NCBI GenBank assembly: GCA_002633005.1
Contig: NMRA01000303.1
Coordinates: 4,949-68,948, forward strand
Length of the DNA stretch: 64,000 nt
DNA from: Phoronis australis
Taxonomy: Eukaryota > Animalia > Phoronida
Direction: 5' to 3'
Shown here: one piece after another, positions 63,108-64,000 of the stretch
How positions within the stretch are numbered: the first letter of the stretch is position 1
How the letters are laid out: each line of letters begins with the position of its first letter
Made by a program: the position numbers and the translations under genes
Notes under the pieces: model-generated
The model's database searches: none
Seen by the model: only the letters and a program-made list of their open reading frames with translations
What the model was told of the DNA's origin: nothing

Positions 63108-64000
63108 CCCTGTATACCTGCGGCACCCAGGGCGATCTAAGTGCCTACGCAAAGCCCTGCTTATCACCTCGAGCTCTGAATTTTAAATGTACATTGAACT
63201 CTAAAAACCTGACTCACAAACATGTAGGCCTCTTTTTGACTCACGAGTGAGTATTTACTTCGAATCTACAGTGGCGGATCTAGGTTGATGTTGTTGACCC
63301 AACCACACATACTGGAGAAGGCAGAGGTCCGTGTGCATTCCAATCGGTCTCTTAATAGGGGCCCAAACACAATTATAAAGAAGAATAGGCCCGTAACGCT
63401 CAGACGTTTTCAGTCGCCCGTTGGGTGTGTCCTAAGGGCCCTCTTTATCCGCCTATGGTATAACTCCACAATAGTTACTTCTATGTTGAAATATTAGTCT
63501 AAAATTTCGTAACTCTGTACGCTTCAAAGACTATAATTACACAAACACTGACGTTTTATTCTTAATGAGCTGAACGCCATGTACAAAGCGCACACGTGCG
63601 TGCGCTTATCCAAGTAGGGCTTCCTTGCACGTAGCTGTAAGTTCTTATTTTTCATTTAGTTTTAAAGTTAGTAAAATACTGTCCAAAGATAGAGTGCTTA
63701 GTTACAGAATCCTCAGTCCACAAATTTTCTTGTCGGCAGTCTTGTTCTTCTCCAATTTACATGATCTGCACTGAGAACTAGGCCTATCAGTAGTTCTGTG
63801 TTGTCGAATCCAAGTTTCTTCATAAGGCTTTGGGTCTAACATGGAAAGCGGGGACCATTGACCTTTGCCAAACCGGCAGCAAGCTGAGGGTGGTTTCTAA
63901 TACAGTGCTGTGGGGTGAAGGCGAACGTAGGCGCAGCTAACCACCTTTTGGCATTTGAACGCAGCGCATACGCACGTAAGTTATGTTCAGTGCTCAAGGT

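Noticed and set aside
63269-63457. Further CAGTGGCGGATC...ATCCGCCTATG MITE counted as 5-bp-TSD evidence (and the lone end at ~21565-21580)
   Set aside because: The flanks do not form a matching TSD, or the second end is missing, so these were excluded from the TSD tally.

Overview
AT-rich, repeat-dense eukaryotic (invertebrate metazoan) genomic DNA. Most entries in the supplied ORF track are spurious. The only clear host gene is on the minus strand: three in-phase coding exons (12906-12790, 7978-7853, 6093-5887) of a pentameric ligand-gated ion channel subunit. Its 'Cys-loop' lacks the first Cys (ENLELDDFPFDVQ) and it has no evident signal peptide. The gene continues past the left edge. The rest is a nested collection of transposons. 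(i) Two families of TTAA-flanked Kolobok-type DNA transposons carry convergent THAP-transposase and P2X7-ballast-like (KolX-type) genes: 16065-21052 with a partial copy at 1-748, and 8147-9867 with an inverted sister at 58538-60169. Related TTAA MITEs contain tRNA-like cassettes. (ii) An ISL2EU-type element with THAP and YqaJ exonuclease remnants (49789-54095). (iii) An Academ remnant (22330-25478). (iv) hAT-derived elements and MITEs that consistently make 5-bp TSDs. (v) Harbinger-like MITEs. (vi) A deleted Gypsy LTR element (60680-63107). There is also a 4.2-kb 60-bp satellite with an internal 1650-bp duplication, several minisatellites and a palindrome containing a degenerate hammerhead-ribozyme core. 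All family assignments come from manual motif recognition, not database searches.
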